DNA of 64,000 nt, taken from contig CAJOKR010000005.1 in NCBI GenBank assembly GCA_905235135.1, positions 64,142 through 128,141 on the forward strand, read 5' to 3'. The notes below the pieces were generated by a model, which was not told the origin of the DNA, made no database searches, and saw only the letters and a program-made list of their open reading frames with translations. The translations under genes were made by a program, and so were the position numbers. Below are positions 16,341 through 25,834 of the stretch, piece by piece. Source of the stretch: an uncultured Bacteroidales bacterium (lineage in GTDB: Bacteria > Bacteroidota > Bacteroidia > Bacteroidales > WCHB1-69). The first letter of the stretch is position 1. The number at the start of each line of letters is the position of its first letter.

Positions 16341-16448
16341 CACTTTTTTTTGATTCCCGCATCGCTGAAAAAATTTTTTTATCAAAACGATATTTTTCAC
16401 AGTTATTCAGATATTTTGTATTTTCGCAGTTTCTTTTTCCAATCAAAA

Positions 16449-17033
16449 ATGGGCAAGAATCTGTATATCATCGGAGGTTGTAACGGAGCCGGCAAAACGA
16501 CGGCTTCCTATACCATCTTGCCCGAAATTCTCGACTGTCGTGAGTTTGTAAATGCCGATGAAATCGCTTACGGTCTCTCCCCGTTCAATCCGGAGGGCGT
16601 GGCGGTGGAGGCGGGCCGGCTGGCGTTGATGCGTGTGGCTGAGTTGCTCGAAAGGGATGAGACTTTCTCCATTGAGACGACCTTGGCGGCCCGCACATTG
16701 GTGAAATTGGTGCGCCGTGCCCAGGGAAAGGGCTACAATGTCAGTCTGCTCTTCTTTTGGCTCAACTCCATGGATCTGGCCATCCAGCGTGTGGCCGAGC
16801 GGGTCCGGAACGGAGGTCACAACGTGCCCGAGAAGGTCATTCGGAGCCGATACGTCAGCGGGATTCACAATTTGTTCAATCTTTACGCCAATGCGGTGGA
16901 TTACTGGACGATTTTCGACAACAGCGAAAGTCCTCGTCGCCTCATTGCCACCGGTGGGCGTAGTAGAAAGACGAAAGTTATTGAAACAGAACTATTTAAC
17001 CAAATAAAAAATTATGTCCAACAAGGAAATTAA
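16449..17033 (+). CDS. Zeta-toxin-like / COG4185-type P-loop kinase-fold protein (194 aa)
   Basis: MGKNLYIIGGCNGAGKTTASYTILPE... contains the Walker A motif at 16473-16502. The ATG at 16449 is preferred because the longer ORF from 16314 runs through the tRNA promoter. Confidence 0.65.
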   Translation: MGKNLYIIGGCNGAGKTTASYTILPEILDCREFVNADEIAYGLSPFNPEGVAVEAGRLALMRVAELLERDETFSIETTLAARTLVKLVRRAQGKGYNVSLLFFWLNSMDLAIQRVAERVRNGGHNVPEKVIRSRYVSGIHNLFNLYANAVDYWTIFDNSESPRRLIATGGRSRKTKVIETELFNQIKNYVQQGN

Positions 17034-17238
17034 GGAGTTCGAAAAGAAGCTGATCTATGGTCTCACGTTAGCCGAGAAACGCATGTTGCAGGAAAAGGCG
17101 TTGCGTGAGGAATTTGTCATCATGCAGTCAGCCGACGGCGAAATCCGCCGCGTCCCCGCCAAACAAGTAATTGCCGAAAACGTTATTTTAAACACACAGC
17201 TGCTCGCACAACCATGGAACTACCAATCGACCGCATAA
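17014..17238 (+). CDS. Small hypothetical protein (74 aa) overlapping the end of the zeta-like gene by 20 nt; possible antitoxin partner
   Basis: ORF track shows MSNKEIKEFEKKLIYGLTLAEKRMLQEKALREEF... The overlap suggests translational coupling. No family was recognised. Confidence 0.4.
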   Translation: MSNKEIKEFEKKLIYGLTLAEKRMLQEKALREEFVIMQSADGEIRRVPAKQVIAENVILNTQLLAQPWNYQSTA

Positions 17239-17242
17239 AAAA

Positions 17243-17264
17243 AACGCCCTCGGCTGAAGGCGTT
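17243..17264. terminator. Hairpin between convergent genes, a putative bidirectional terminator
   Basis: Stem AACGCC/GGCGTT with an A-run before it and a T-rich tract after it. Confidence 0.4.
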
Positions 17265-17290
17265 CCTTTCTGAAATCTGGAAAACTTCTC

Positions 17291-17551
17291 TTACTCTTGC
17301 GTGGGAACCACGGAGACGTAAGATCTGTCTTTGTAGGTCTTTTTGAATTCGACGATACCGTCACAAAGGGCGAACAGGGTGTGGTCTTTACCCATACCGA
17401 CGTTCTTGCCAGGGTTGTGGACAGTACCTCTTTGGCGGACGATGATGTTGCCAGCCTTGGCGAACTGACCACCGAAGATCTTCAAACCTAATCTTTTACT
17501 CGCTGATTCGCGGCCGTTCTGTGAACTACCGACACCTTTTTTATGAGCCAT
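17291..17551 (-). CDS. rpmA: 50S ribosomal protein L27
   Basis: [28 protein letters not shown]... is the canonical L27 sequence. Confidence 0.97.
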   Translation of the reverse strand: MAHKKGVGSSQNGRESASKRLGLKIFGGQFAKAGNIIVRQRGTVHNPGKNVGMGKDHTLFALCDGIVEFKKTYKDRSYVSVVPTQE

Positions 17552-17582
17552 AAGTCTAAATTTTAATCGTTAATACAAAATT

Positions 17583-17894
17583 TTACAGGGTAATGTTATC
17601 AATCTTGATGGAGGTCAAGAACTGACGATGACCATTCAATTTCTGATAACCTTTTCTTCTTTTCTTCTTGAAAACAAGAACTTTGTCACCTTTCAGGTGT
17701 TGGAGGACGGTAGCGGTAACATTCGCGCCCGAAACGGTCGGAGTACCCACTTTGACATCACCGTCATTATCCACTAACATTACGCGGTCAAATGTGACTT
17801 GCGCACCTTCTTCAGCCTTGAGGCGCTGAACATAGACTCTGCGGTCTTTTTCAACCTTGAATTGTTGCCCGGCTATTTCTACGATTGCGTACAT
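17583..17894 (-). CDS. rplU: 50S ribosomal protein L21
   Basis: MYAIVEIAGQQFKVEKDRRVYVQRL... The ATG at 17894 is preferred over the upstream alternative start at 17933. Confidence 0.95.
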   Translation of the reverse strand: MYAIVEIAGQQFKVEKDRRVYVQRLKAEEGAQVTFDRVMLVDNDGDVKVGTPTVSGANVTATVLQHLKGDKVLVFKKKRRKGYQKLNGHRQFLTSIKIDNITL

Positions 17895-17930
17895 TTTGGT
17901 ATAATTTTTGTTTGTAATTTTTTTGGGCGG

Positions 17931-17938
17931 CAAAAATA
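17931..17938 (-). promoter_or_regulatory. -7 promoter box (TATTTTTG on minus strand) for rplU-rpmA
   Basis: Matches TAnnTTTG, 36 nt upstream of the ATG at 17894. Confidence 0.6.
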
Positions 17939-18038
17939 AGATTTTTTTCGATATAAATCCGTCCCGTGCAATTTTTTTTAAACTTTTGCGTTATGGATAA
18001 GTATTAAACAGTCGCAAAGAACCTAAAATAGTAAAGAT

Positions 18039-19145
18039 ATGACGTATAAAAATGTTTCTAAGGTTTTGTTAATCACTGTGTTATCGGTGATTATGGCCGT
18101 CTCTTCCAGCTGTGCCCAGCCGGAGAACCGTACGGCAAAATATGTCGATTTGACAGATGCGGCAGAGTCTTCTGTGAATGCCGTCGTCTATATTAAGACC
18201 GAATTTATGCAGAAAAACTCCGCTTGGGATGACTTTTTCGGCGGTACGATATGGGAACATTTCTTCGGTTCCGCCCCGAGTGCCTATCCGGTGCAGGCGG
18301 CCGGTTCGGGGGTCATTATTTCCTCCGACGGCTACATCGTGACCAACAACCACGTGGTGGAAGATGCTGCCAAAGTGACCATCACTCTGAACGACAAGCG
18401 CGAGTATGAGGGTGAGATTATCGGTACTGACCCCGCCTCCGACCTGGCGCTCATCAAGATCAACGAGACCCGCCTCCCGTACCTGAAGTTCGCCAACTCC
18501 GATTCCGTGCGTATCGGCGAATGGGTGTTAGCTATCGGCAACCCCATGGGACTGAACTCTACGGTCACCGCCGGCATTATCAGTGCGAAAGCCCGTCAGC
18601 TCAGTACTGGCCGCAACACCTACTCCGATGAGGTTTACCTCCAAACGGATGCGGCGGTCAATTCCGGTAACAGCGGCGGCGCACTGGTGAATGCTTCCGG
18701 TAAGCTGGTGGGTATCAATACGGCCATTGCTTCTGGTAACGGTTACTACACCGGTTACTCATTCGCCATCCCGTCCAACATCGTGGAGAAGATTTGCTAC
18801 GATCTGCAGCATTTCGGGACCACCCAGCAGGCTTACCTCGGTGTCTCCATCATGGAACTCAATGCTACCAATGCCAAAGAGCTGAACCTCAATGATGTGA
18901 AGGGCATTTACGTGGCGGAGGTCTCCGAAAACGGTGCCGCTTCCCAGAACGGCTTCCAGGAGGGCGATGTTATCACGCACATCGACGATACCCCCGTGAA
19001 CAGCCTTGCGGAGGTGCGCGGCGTGCTGAAAACGAAGTCCCCCGGCGACAAAGTGAAGGTCATTCTGGTCCGCGACAACGAGAAAATGACAAAAAATGTA
19101 ACTTTATTAAATAGTAAAGGTACAACAGATAAGGTTGAAAAATAA
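18039..19145 (+). CDS. Trypsin-like serine protease with PDZ domain (HtrA/DegP family lipoprotein)
   Basis: Catalytic triad contexts TNNHVV, DLALIK and GNSGGAL are present, with a C-terminal PDZ-like region and an SSSC lipobox. Confidence 0.85.
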   Translation: MTYKNVSKVLLITVLSVIMAVSSSCAQPENRTAKYVDLTDAAESSVNAVVYIKTEFMQKNSAWDDFFGGTIWEHFFGSAPSAYPVQAAGSGVIISSDGYIVTNNHVVEDAAKVTITLNDKREYEGEIIGTDPASDLALIKINETRLPYLKFANSDSVRIGEWVLAIGNPMGLNSTVTAGIISAKARQLSTGRNTYSDEVYLQTDAAVNSGNSGGALVNASGKLVGINTAIASGNGYYTGYSFAIPSNIVEKICYDLQHFGTTQQAYLGVSIMELNATNAKELNLNDVKGIYVAEVSENGAASQNGFQEGDVITHIDDTPVNSLAEVRGVLKTKSPGDKVKVILVRDNEKMTKNVTLLNSKGTTDKVEK

Positions 19146-19147
19146 AT

Positions 19148-20008
19148 ATGAGACAATTAAAGATATCGAAATCTATCACGAACCGTGATTCCGCTTCGTT
19201 GGAGCGGTTTTTGTCCGACATCAGCAAGGTGCAGATGATTGGTGCCGACGAGGAGGTGGAACTGGCTCGTAAAATCAAGGCGGGCGACGAAGATGCCCTC
19301 AACAAGCTGGTGACCACCAACTTACGCTTCGTCGTCTCAGTGGCCAAGCAGTACCAAAACCAAGGTATCGGGCTGCAGGACCTTATCAACGAGGGTAATT
19401 TGGGTTTGATTAAAGCCGCGCAGCGTTTCGACGAGACTCGCGGCTTTAAGTTCATTTCCTACGCTGTGTGGTGGATTCGCCAGGCCATTCTGCAGGCCAT
19501 CGCCGACCAGTCGCGTATTGTGCGTCTGCCTCTGAACCAGGTGGGCGTCATCAACAAAATCAAGAAGGAGACCGCCCGTTTGGAGCAGACCCTCAACCGT
19601 CTGCCCACCACTGAGGAGATTGCCAACGCCATGGACATGCCCGTCTATAAGGTGGCCGAAATCATGAAGATGAACAACCACCCGCAGTCCATCGATTCTC
19701 CCATCGCGCCCAACGAGGAGACCCGTTTTGTGGATGTGTTTGTCCATGACAACGATGACGACACGGACACCTCCCTGATGCACGAGTCGCTTGCCTCGGA
19801 AATCAACGACCTGTTGGAAACCCTTCCCGACAAGGAAGCCGACGTGCTGAAACTTTTCTTCGGCATCGGTACCACCCACGAGCATACGCTGGATGAGATC
19901 GGCGACAAACTGGACCTCTCCCGCGAACGCGTCCGCCAGATCAAGGAGCGCGCCTTGAAACGCCTCCGTCAAAACAGTAAGAACAAAAACCTCAAGAGTT
20001 ATTTGTAA
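19148..20008 (+). CDS. rpoD: Primary RNA polymerase sigma factor (Bacteroidota sigma-A, 286 aa)
   Basis: MRQLKISKSITNRDSASLERFLSDI...TTNLRFVVSVAKQYQNQG...RERVRQIKERALKRLR. Confidence 0.95.
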   Translation: MRQLKISKSITNRDSASLERFLSDISKVQMIGADEEVELARKIKAGDEDALNKLVTTNLRFVVSVAKQYQNQGIGLQDLINEGNLGLIKAAQRFDETRGFKFISYAVWWIRQAILQAIADQSRIVRLPLNQVGVINKIKKETARLEQTLNRLPTTEEIANAMDMPVYKVAEIMKMNNHPQSIDSPIAPNEETRFVDVFVHDNDDDTDTSLMHESLASEINDLLETLPDKEADVLKLFFGIGTTHEHTLDEIGDKLDLSRERVRQIKERALKRLRQNSKNKNLKSYL

Positions 20009-20080
20009 AAATATATTCCTTAAGCAGCCCTGAAAGGGCAAGATATAACAGCCCAGGGTGAAGCGAAGCGGAACCCTGGG
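20008..20080 (+). repeat. Structured repeat starting at the rpoD stop codon: header AAAATATATTCCTTAAGCAGCC plus an 8-bp hairpin CCCAGGGT..ACCCTGGG
   Basis: The header is identical to the minus-strand read of 5185-5206. The hairpin lies at 20052-20080. It probably acts as a terminator or RNA-stabilising element. Confidence 0.7.
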
Positions 20081-20091
20081 TTAATAGTCAA

Positions 20092-20688
20092 ATGAAAAGG
20101 CAATCGTTCATATATATAATTATAGCGACGGTTTTGGTCACATCGTTAACGTCATGCAAGCCGAAAGCGCTACCGGAGCCCAAACCCATGGGCTATTTCC
20201 GTATTGACCTGCCCGAACACCGGTATCGACTCTTGGACACGGCGATGCCTTTCCAATACGAGCAATCGGTTTTCGCCAATACCACCATCGAGCCGCAGAA
20301 AGACAACTCCCTATGGATGAACATCACCTATCCGGACTTGGGTGCCACGTTCCGGTTCACCTGTTTTACCGTGAAAAATGCCGACAGTCTGCGGAAACTG
20401 ATGATTTCGGAGGACAAGATGGTGAAATTTCACTACCAGAAGGCCGACGATGTGCAGTTCTCCGTGGTTGACGACCCGAATGCGCACATTTTGGGGCAGA
20501 CTTACGAGATTTTCGGTAAGGAGGTGGCTACACCGTTTCAGTTCTGGCTCACCGACAGCGCCCACAACTTTGTCCGAGCCACACTCTACTTCGACGGTAC
20601 TCCGAATAATGACTCATTACAGCCTGTAATCCAGTATCTTAAGGAGGATGCGATGCATCTCATCAATACGTTCGCATGGAAGCCCTGA
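20092..20688 (+). CDS. gldD: GldD-like gliding-motility/T9SS-associated lipoprotein (198 aa)
   Basis: A lipobox (LTSC) is followed by PKPMGYFRIDLPEHRY...WMNITYPDLGA...QFWLTDSAHNFVRATLYFDGTPNNDSLQPVIQYL, a pattern recalled from GldD. Confidence 0.6.
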   Translation: MKRQSFIYIIIATVLVTSLTSCKPKALPEPKPMGYFRIDLPEHRYRLLDTAMPFQYEQSVFANTTIEPQKDNSLWMNITYPDLGATFRFTCFTVKNADSLRKLMISEDKMVKFHYQKADDVQFSVVDDPNAHILGQTYEIFGKEVATPFQFWLTDSAHNFVRATLYFDGTPNNDSLQPVIQYLKEDAMHLINTFAWKP

Positions 20689-21659
20689 ACCCCTTCTCGT
20701 TTTTCCAAATCCATTCCCAGGAGTTTTTCGAGAAGGCGGCGTTGGCTGTTTTCCGTTTTCAGTACGACCATAATCCAGTCTATCAAGAGTATTGCCAATG
20801 TCTTGGTGTAGAGAAAGATAGTGCACACAAGTTGGAGAATATTCCGTTCCTGCCCATCTCTTTTTTCAAGACCCACGAGGTGAAGACCACCCTTTTCACC
20901 CCCAGTCTGATTTTCCGCAGCAGCGGTACCACGGGTATGCAAACTTCCCGCCATCTTATCAAGGATTCAGCTCTTTATCGGCAGAGTTTGGTTCAATGCT
21001 TCCAGCATTTTTACGGGAAACCGTCTGATTACACGTTCCTCGCTCTGTTGCCTAACTACTTGGAACAGAAACAGTCGTCGCTGATTTATATGATGGAGAC
21101 GCTGATGCAGGAATCGGGTTCGCCGCAGAATGGATACTATTTGTATAACCACGAGGATTTGTACAACACTTTGATGGAGCTTCGTGGGCAGCAGCGGAAG
21201 ACGATTCTTTGGGGTGTCACGTTTGCCCTGTTAGATTTTGCAGAAAAGTACCGCATAGATTTTCCGCAACTAATTGTGTTTGAGACCGGTGGTATGAAAG
21301 GCCGACGGAAAGAGATGGTGAAGGAAGAGCTGTACGATATCCTTCGGAAGGCTTTCGGGGTGCCGGATATCCATTCCGAATACGGTATGTGTGAGCTGCT
21401 TTCGCAGGCTTACAGTAGGGGAGGGAACCTTTTCACGACCCCGCCGTGGATGCAGATCTGCCTTCGCAGCGAAAAAGATCCGTTAGACGGTAGCGACACG
21501 GTTAGTACTGGCGTCATCAACATTATCGATTTGGCCAATATTTACAGCTGCTCGTTTATCGCCACGGACGACTTAGGCCGTCGGCATCCGCAGGGGATTG
21601 AGATTCTCGGTCGCCTTGACCATGCGCAGATTCGCGGCTGCAACCTTCTCGTGGTGTAA
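20676..21659 (+). CDS. LuxE/PaaK-like acyl-protein synthetase or acyltransferase family protein (327 aa)
   Basis: FRFQYDHNPVYQEYCQCLGV...IPFLPISFFKTHEV...SSGTTG is typical of Bacteroidota proteins annotated as acyl transferase. It overlaps gldD by 13 nt. Confidence 0.55.
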   Translation: MEALNPFSFFQIHSQEFFEKAALAVFRFQYDHNPVYQEYCQCLGVEKDSAHKLENIPFLPISFFKTHEVKTTLFTPSLIFRSSGTTGMQTSRHLIKDSALYRQSLVQCFQHFYGKPSDYTFLALLPNYLEQKQSSLIYMMETLMQESGSPQNGYYLYNHEDLYNTLMELRGQQRKTILWGVTFALLDFAEKYRIDFPQLIVFETGGMKGRRKEMVKEELYDILRKAFGVPDIHSEYGMCELLSQAYSRGGNLFTTPPWMQICLRSEKDPLDGSDTVSTGVINIIDLANIYSCSFIATDDLGRRHPQGIEILGRLDHAQIRGCNLLVV

Positions 21660-21711
21660 CTCCCCTTGATTCAGATTGTTGATATTCCAATGAAAATAAC
21701 ATTTCCGCAAT

Positions 21712-23190
21712 ATGATTATACGAAACAAGGTCGGTTTACGGCTGACCGCTTTGCTCATGCTCGTCGTTTCACTAAATTTTCCCGTCATGGCGCAGATTTC
21801 ACCCTTTGATTTCGGGTTGCGCGAGGCAACGGACGGCATTGACCGCTACTGGGCGATGTACAACGCCCATGTGGAGGCGATTGCGCAGGGTACGAGTGTG
21901 ACGTACGCGGGCATCGATACGCTCGATATTGAGCTGCCGCCTGACTATCAGACCATTCCGCTCGGACCGCAAACCGATTTTTGCGGTCTCGTGCTCTATG
22001 TCACCAATAATGTACGGCACGGTACGCTGTTTTCCCTGCAAAATTCGCTGAAACCGATTGCAATCGACAAGGCAATGGTGGATGAGGGCGATTTTCGCTC
22101 CGTGCCAGAGCTTTCGGACAGTGACAAGCTGCTTGTCCTTGCGGATCGCAACGTCTGGACTGAGCGTATTGGTTACGGTTATGCTATCCACCGTCAAGAC
22201 ATTTTGTTGTTGCATAAGGGCATCGCCGCCAATGCGCCCATCGCACCGTGGAATACCGATTCCACTGACCTCAATGCCTCTTACACGGAGGTGGATGTCT
22301 CTTCCAAGCAGTTTCGTGGCCTTACGATGCACCGTACCGAACAGTCGCAGTACAAAACCTACTGTCTGAATGTGTATGGGCAGTGCAATGTACTGATTGA
22401 GGATGTCCATGTGACTACCCCCAAGAGCCGGATGAACGCCGACGGGGTGTTTGGGATTACCCATTCTGTGAATGTGACTTTCCGTGATGTGACGGTCGAT
22501 GGCACCTATTCGGGGTATGGAGCCTCGCGCGGCTACGGCTATGCTTTCTCGCTGAACAACCTCTGGAATACCGTTTTCGAGCGGGTCGCTGCCGATGGCA
22601 ACTGGGGCGTTTTCGGTACGAACTATCTGTCCAACACGACCTTGCGCGACTGTGACCTCAATCGTTTCGATATCCACTGCTACGGTCGCGATGTGCTGCT
22701 GGAACGTTGCACCTTGCGCCAACGACAGACCCAGTTTTCGTCCATGTATGGCACCGTAACCTTCGATTCATGCCGCTTCATCGACTGCATCCCCGTGCGT
22801 ATCCGTTCCAGCTACAACGCTTACACCCCATTCGACATCGAGATGCGGGATTGCACATTCGAGATGACCACCAGGCATCACTCTTTGGTCAACGTGATGC
22901 TATTGGATACGGCCACAAATGCCCGTCCGGAGTTGCGTGCCAAGTGCTGGCCCAATCTGAAAGTCGAGAATATGACGGTGGTGGCGCCCGCGCTGGTCGG
23001 CACCCTGAATCTTTACGAACCCACGGGCAAGCTCAGCGAGCTCAAAAAGCCGGTGGATTATATCAGCAATGTGACGGTCAGCGGGCTGAAGGTTGTCCGC
23101 CCGAATGGAAAGCCGGCAAAAGTCAACGTCAAGCTCTCTTCCCGGGAGTTTATAACGGTCAGGAAGGCAGCGTTTACGATAAATCCGTAG
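21712..23190 (+). CDS. Secreted hypothetical protein, beta-helix-like repeats (492 aa)
   Basis: Signal peptide, then repetitive N-x-T/V-x-D segments (NVTFRDVTVDG, TTLRDCDLNRFDIHC, VTFDSCRFIDC). No family was recognised. Confidence 0.6.
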   Translation: MIIRNKVGLRLTALLMLVVSLNFPVMAQISPFDFGLREATDGIDRYWAMYNAHVEAIAQGTSVTYAGIDTLDIELPPDYQTIPLGPQTDFCGLVLYVTNNVRHGTLFSLQNSLKPIAIDKAMVDEGDFRSVPELSDSDKLLVLADRNVWTERIGYGYAIHRQDILLLHKGIAANAPIAPWNTDSTDLNASYTEVDVSSKQFRGLTMHRTEQSQYKTYCLNVYGQCNVLIEDVHVTTPKSRMNADGVFGITHSVNVTFRDVTVDGTYSGYGASRGYGYAFSLNNLWNTVFERVAADGNWGVFGTNYLSNTTLRDCDLNRFDIHCYGRDVLLERCTLRQRQTQFSSMYGTVTFDSCRFIDCIPVRIRSSYNAYTPFDIEMRDCTFEMTTRHHSLVNVMLLDTATNARPELRAKCWPNLKVENMTVVAPALVGTLNLYEPTGKLSELKKPVDYISNVTVSGLKVVRPNGKPAKVNVKLSSREFITVRKAAFTINP

Positions 23191-23204
23191 TAAAATTGTA
23201 GGAA

Positions 23205-24047
23205 TTAAATCCGCTCAAACCGCGCGGCCACCCATTTGTCTTTGGTTTTGTGGTCAAGGTAGCGCATTCCGTTTTGAGCGCAGCAGTAGCGCAGGGCGGG
23301 CAGGTCTTCTTCATAGAATCCGCTCAAGAACAGCAAAGCCTTATCGTTCATGCATTGGACATATTGCGGGATATCCTGCAGCAGGATATTGCGGTTGATG
23401 TTGGCCAGGATGATGTCGTAACGTTCGTCACCGAGCAGGGAGGCATCACCTAACAGCACTTTAAGTTGCTCACAGTGGTTGTGTTGAGCATTCTCAATGC
23501 CGTTTCGGTAGGCCCATTCGTCGTTGTCGATGGCCGTGACGGGGAAAGCCCCTTTCATGGTGGCGAGGATGGCTAATACGCCTGTGCCAGCACCCATGTC
23601 GAGCACTGCCTTGCCATGCACGTCCGTCTCCAACAGGTAGGAGACCATCTGTGCGGTGGTAGCGTGGTGTGCCGTCCCGAACGACATTTTCGGTTCAATC
23701 ACGATTTCGTATTCGGCCTCCGGCATCGGGGCATGGAACGGTGCGCGGATGTAGCATTTTCCGTCAATCAGCACGGGCTCGTAGTTAGCTTCCCAGGCGG
23801 CGTTCCAGTCCTTGTCCTCCATCGGGGCCACCGACCAGGAAATCTTCACCTCAGGAAACTCCGGATTCTCCAGCATATCCTTGAAAACATCCTCTTGGTA
23901 GTCTTTTTCGGGAATGTAGCACAGCAGCTCGTTCTCCGATTCGCAATCCATGAAACTGTCGCACCCGGCATCCGCCATCAGCGAGGTATAAACCTCTTTC
24001 CACGGCTCCGCCGGCTCAATACTCAATTTGATTTCCAAATATTTCAT
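23205..24047 (-). CDS. prmA: Ribosomal protein L11 methyltransferase
   Basis: MKYLEIKLSIEPAEPW...VLDMGAGTGVLAI... shows PrmA architecture. Confidence 0.9.
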   Translation of the reverse strand: MKYLEIKLSIEPAEPWKEVYTSLMADAGCDSFMDCESENELLCYIPEKDYQEDVFKDMLENPEFPEVKISWSVAPMEDKDWNAAWEANYEPVLIDGKCYIRAPFHAPMPEAEYEIVIEPKMSFGTAHHATTAQMVSYLLETDVHGKAVLDMGAGTGVLAILATMKGAFPVTAIDNDEWAYRNGIENAQHNHCEQLKVLLGDASLLGDERYDIILANINRNILLQDIPQYVQCMNDKALLFLSGFYEEDLPALRYCCAQNGMRYLDHKTKDKWVAARFERI

Positions 24048-24075
24048 AACATCCGTTTTAACCTCTCAACCTGTT

Positions 24076-24105
24076 CTATTGCCTATTGCCTGTTGCCTGT
24101 TGCCT
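24076..24105. repeat. Tandem heptamer (CTRTTGC, about 4.3 units) in the spacer upstream of prmA
   Basis: ctattgc ctattgc ctgttgc ctgttgc ct, lying between the PepSY-like gene stop (24105) and the prmA start (24047). Confidence 0.9.
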
Positions 24106-25748
24106 TAATACTCAATCGGTTTGCCGGAGAGGTTGAACCAAAGCTCCTGCTCGTCCTGGGTCTTCTTGTTGACGACGATGACCTTATAGGCGGTGAGTTT
24201 GTCGGCGAGACGTTTCACGGTGTAGAATTCCTTGAGTTTGTAGTTCTTATACTCTTTCTTGAGGTAATCCTGGATGGTGGCGGAGAGGCTCTCGTTCTTG
24301 CCCATCACCCAAGTTTCCGTGAGTTCGCCGTAGCTGTTATAGACGCAGAACTCCTTGCCCCGGGTGGTGTAGAACATCGCTCGATAGTTCATGTAGCCGT
24401 CCTCGGTCCACTCCACGTTGGTTACCTTCGGGTATTTGAGTTTGAAGGCGGCCTTCACATTTTCCGGCACGCTGGAGGCATCGTCACTGTCCAGCGTCAT
24501 GTTCATCTTCTCGTAGTATTTGTTGAGGGCGTCATCCTCTGCACTCTCACTCTTGCCGCCGCCCAGCTCGTAATCGGGGTCCACGGTGCGAATCAGCTTG
24601 CCAGCCTTGTCAAAGAAGACGGTAGTGACCAATTTGGCCTTGTAGTTGGCTTTTTCGTAGAATTCCACCATCATCTTGTCATCCTTGTCGGCACGCTGTT
24701 CCTTCACGGCGCTTTTGAATCGCCAGCCGGGGTAGAAATCGTTGAGGTGCTTGGCCATCAGACCGGTGACGGACTCTTCCGGCATAATGGTGAGGGTCTT
24801 ATCCCAAACGCCTTGCGGGGTGATATAGACGGCCGTTTTCTTGCCTTGGTTGAGGCAGCGGGCGATATACATGCTATCCACGAGGAACCAGTTAAGTTCG
24901 GCCGGGTGCAGCACTTTCTTGACCAAGGTCTTGGAAACCGCCTCGGGCACGGTATTGGCCTTGATGGCGATATTGCCATGTTCGTCTTTCACCACAGGCT
25001 CGGGCTTCTCCTTCTTGGACTTTGTCTCCTTTTGCTGTTCGGCGGGCTTGGACGCTGTGTTGGTCGGTTTTGAAGCGGTAGATGTCGTAGCCGGCTTGGG
25101 AGCGGGGGTCTTGGCAGCAGCCTTAGCTGCTTCCTTGGCAGCTTTCTCGGCGGCGGCCTTCTCCTCGGCCTCCCGTTTGGCGGCTTCGGCCTTCTGTGCC
25201 TGTTTCTCGGCGGCGGCAGCCTTAGCCTGCTCAACCTTATCCGGATGCTTCACCGTAGGATCCTTGAAATCGTCAGGATCGGTACGTGAGAGCAGTTTGT
25301 TCGTGCCGGTGCTGGAAAAAGTCAGCACAGACGGTTTTGCCCCGACAGCGTCCTCTTTCACCTCCAAGTAATAGTGCGTGCTCTCATCCTCTTTCTCCTC
25401 CAAAGCACTGATGGCGATGACGAAATCGGGATAATTCTCTTTCACATAGTCCGTTATGGATGACGGAAGTTCGTTCGTCGGCACGGTGAAAAGGGTACGG
25501 ATCCACTCGCCGGCGCTGCTCAGATAGACTTTTCCGTTTGTGGAACCGTCCTTGATGCTGGCGATGTAGGTGTTTCCTTCTTTCATCCAGCCGGTAACTT
25601 TCACGTAGGAATATTGCTCTTCCAGCGTTTGAACGACATCCGACGGTACTTCGGCGGGTTTCAGCTTCTGTGCGAAGAGGCTGTTGAAATTGATAGTAAC
25701 CAACTGAATGACAGAAAGTAACAGTACGAATAAAATCTTATTTCTCAT
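24105..25748 (-). CDS. Secreted PepSY-like (DUF2874-type) repeat protein with a central Lys/Ala/Glu-rich linker (547 aa)
   Basis: Signal peptide, then repeated xxYPxxxI/V..E modules (DYVKENYPDFVI, LNDFYPGWRF, AAFKLKYPKVT, DYLKKEYKNYKL) and a low-complexity KAAAAEKQAQKAEAAKREAEEKAAAEK region. Confidence 0.6.
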   Translation of the reverse strand: MRNKILFVLLLSVIQLVTINFNSLFAQKLKPAEVPSDVVQTLEEQYSYVKVTGWMKEGNTYIASIKDGSTNGKVYLSSAGEWIRTLFTVPTNELPSSITDYVKENYPDFVIAISALEEKEDESTHYYLEVKEDAVGAKPSVLTFSSTGTNKLLSRTDPDDFKDPTVKHPDKVEQAKAAAAEKQAQKAEAAKREAEEKAAAEKAAKEAAKAAAKTPAPKPATTSTASKPTNTASKPAEQQKETKSKKEKPEPVVKDEHGNIAIKANTVPEAVSKTLVKKVLHPAELNWFLVDSMYIARCLNQGKKTAVYITPQGVWDKTLTIMPEESVTGLMAKHLNDFYPGWRFKSAVKEQRADKDDKMMVEFYEKANYKAKLVTTVFFDKAGKLIRTVDPDYELGGGKSESAEDDALNKYYEKMNMTLDSDDASSVPENVKAAFKLKYPKVTNVEWTEDGYMNYRAMFYTTRGKEFCVYNSYGELTETWVMGKNESLSATIQDYLKKEYKNYKLKEFYTVKRLADKLTAYKVIVVNKKTQDEQELWFNLSGKPIEY

Positions 25749-25776
25749 TTTTTGTCGATATTTTCAAATCAAGCTA

Positions 25777-25784
25777 CAAAAATA
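25777..25784 (-). promoter_or_regulatory. -7 promoter box (TATTTTTG on minus strand)
   Basis: Matches TAnnTTTG, 28 nt upstream of the ATG at 25748. Confidence 0.55.
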
Positions 25785-25800
25785 GTTTTTTTTTGTTTAC

Positions 25801-25832
25801 GGTTACATGGTTAGACGGTTACACGGTTAGGA
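25801..25832. repeat. Tandem octamer (GGTTAnAn, 4 units) between udk and the PepSY-like gene
   Basis: ggttacat ggttagac ggttacac ggttagga. Confidence 0.85.
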
Positions 25833-25834
25833 AG

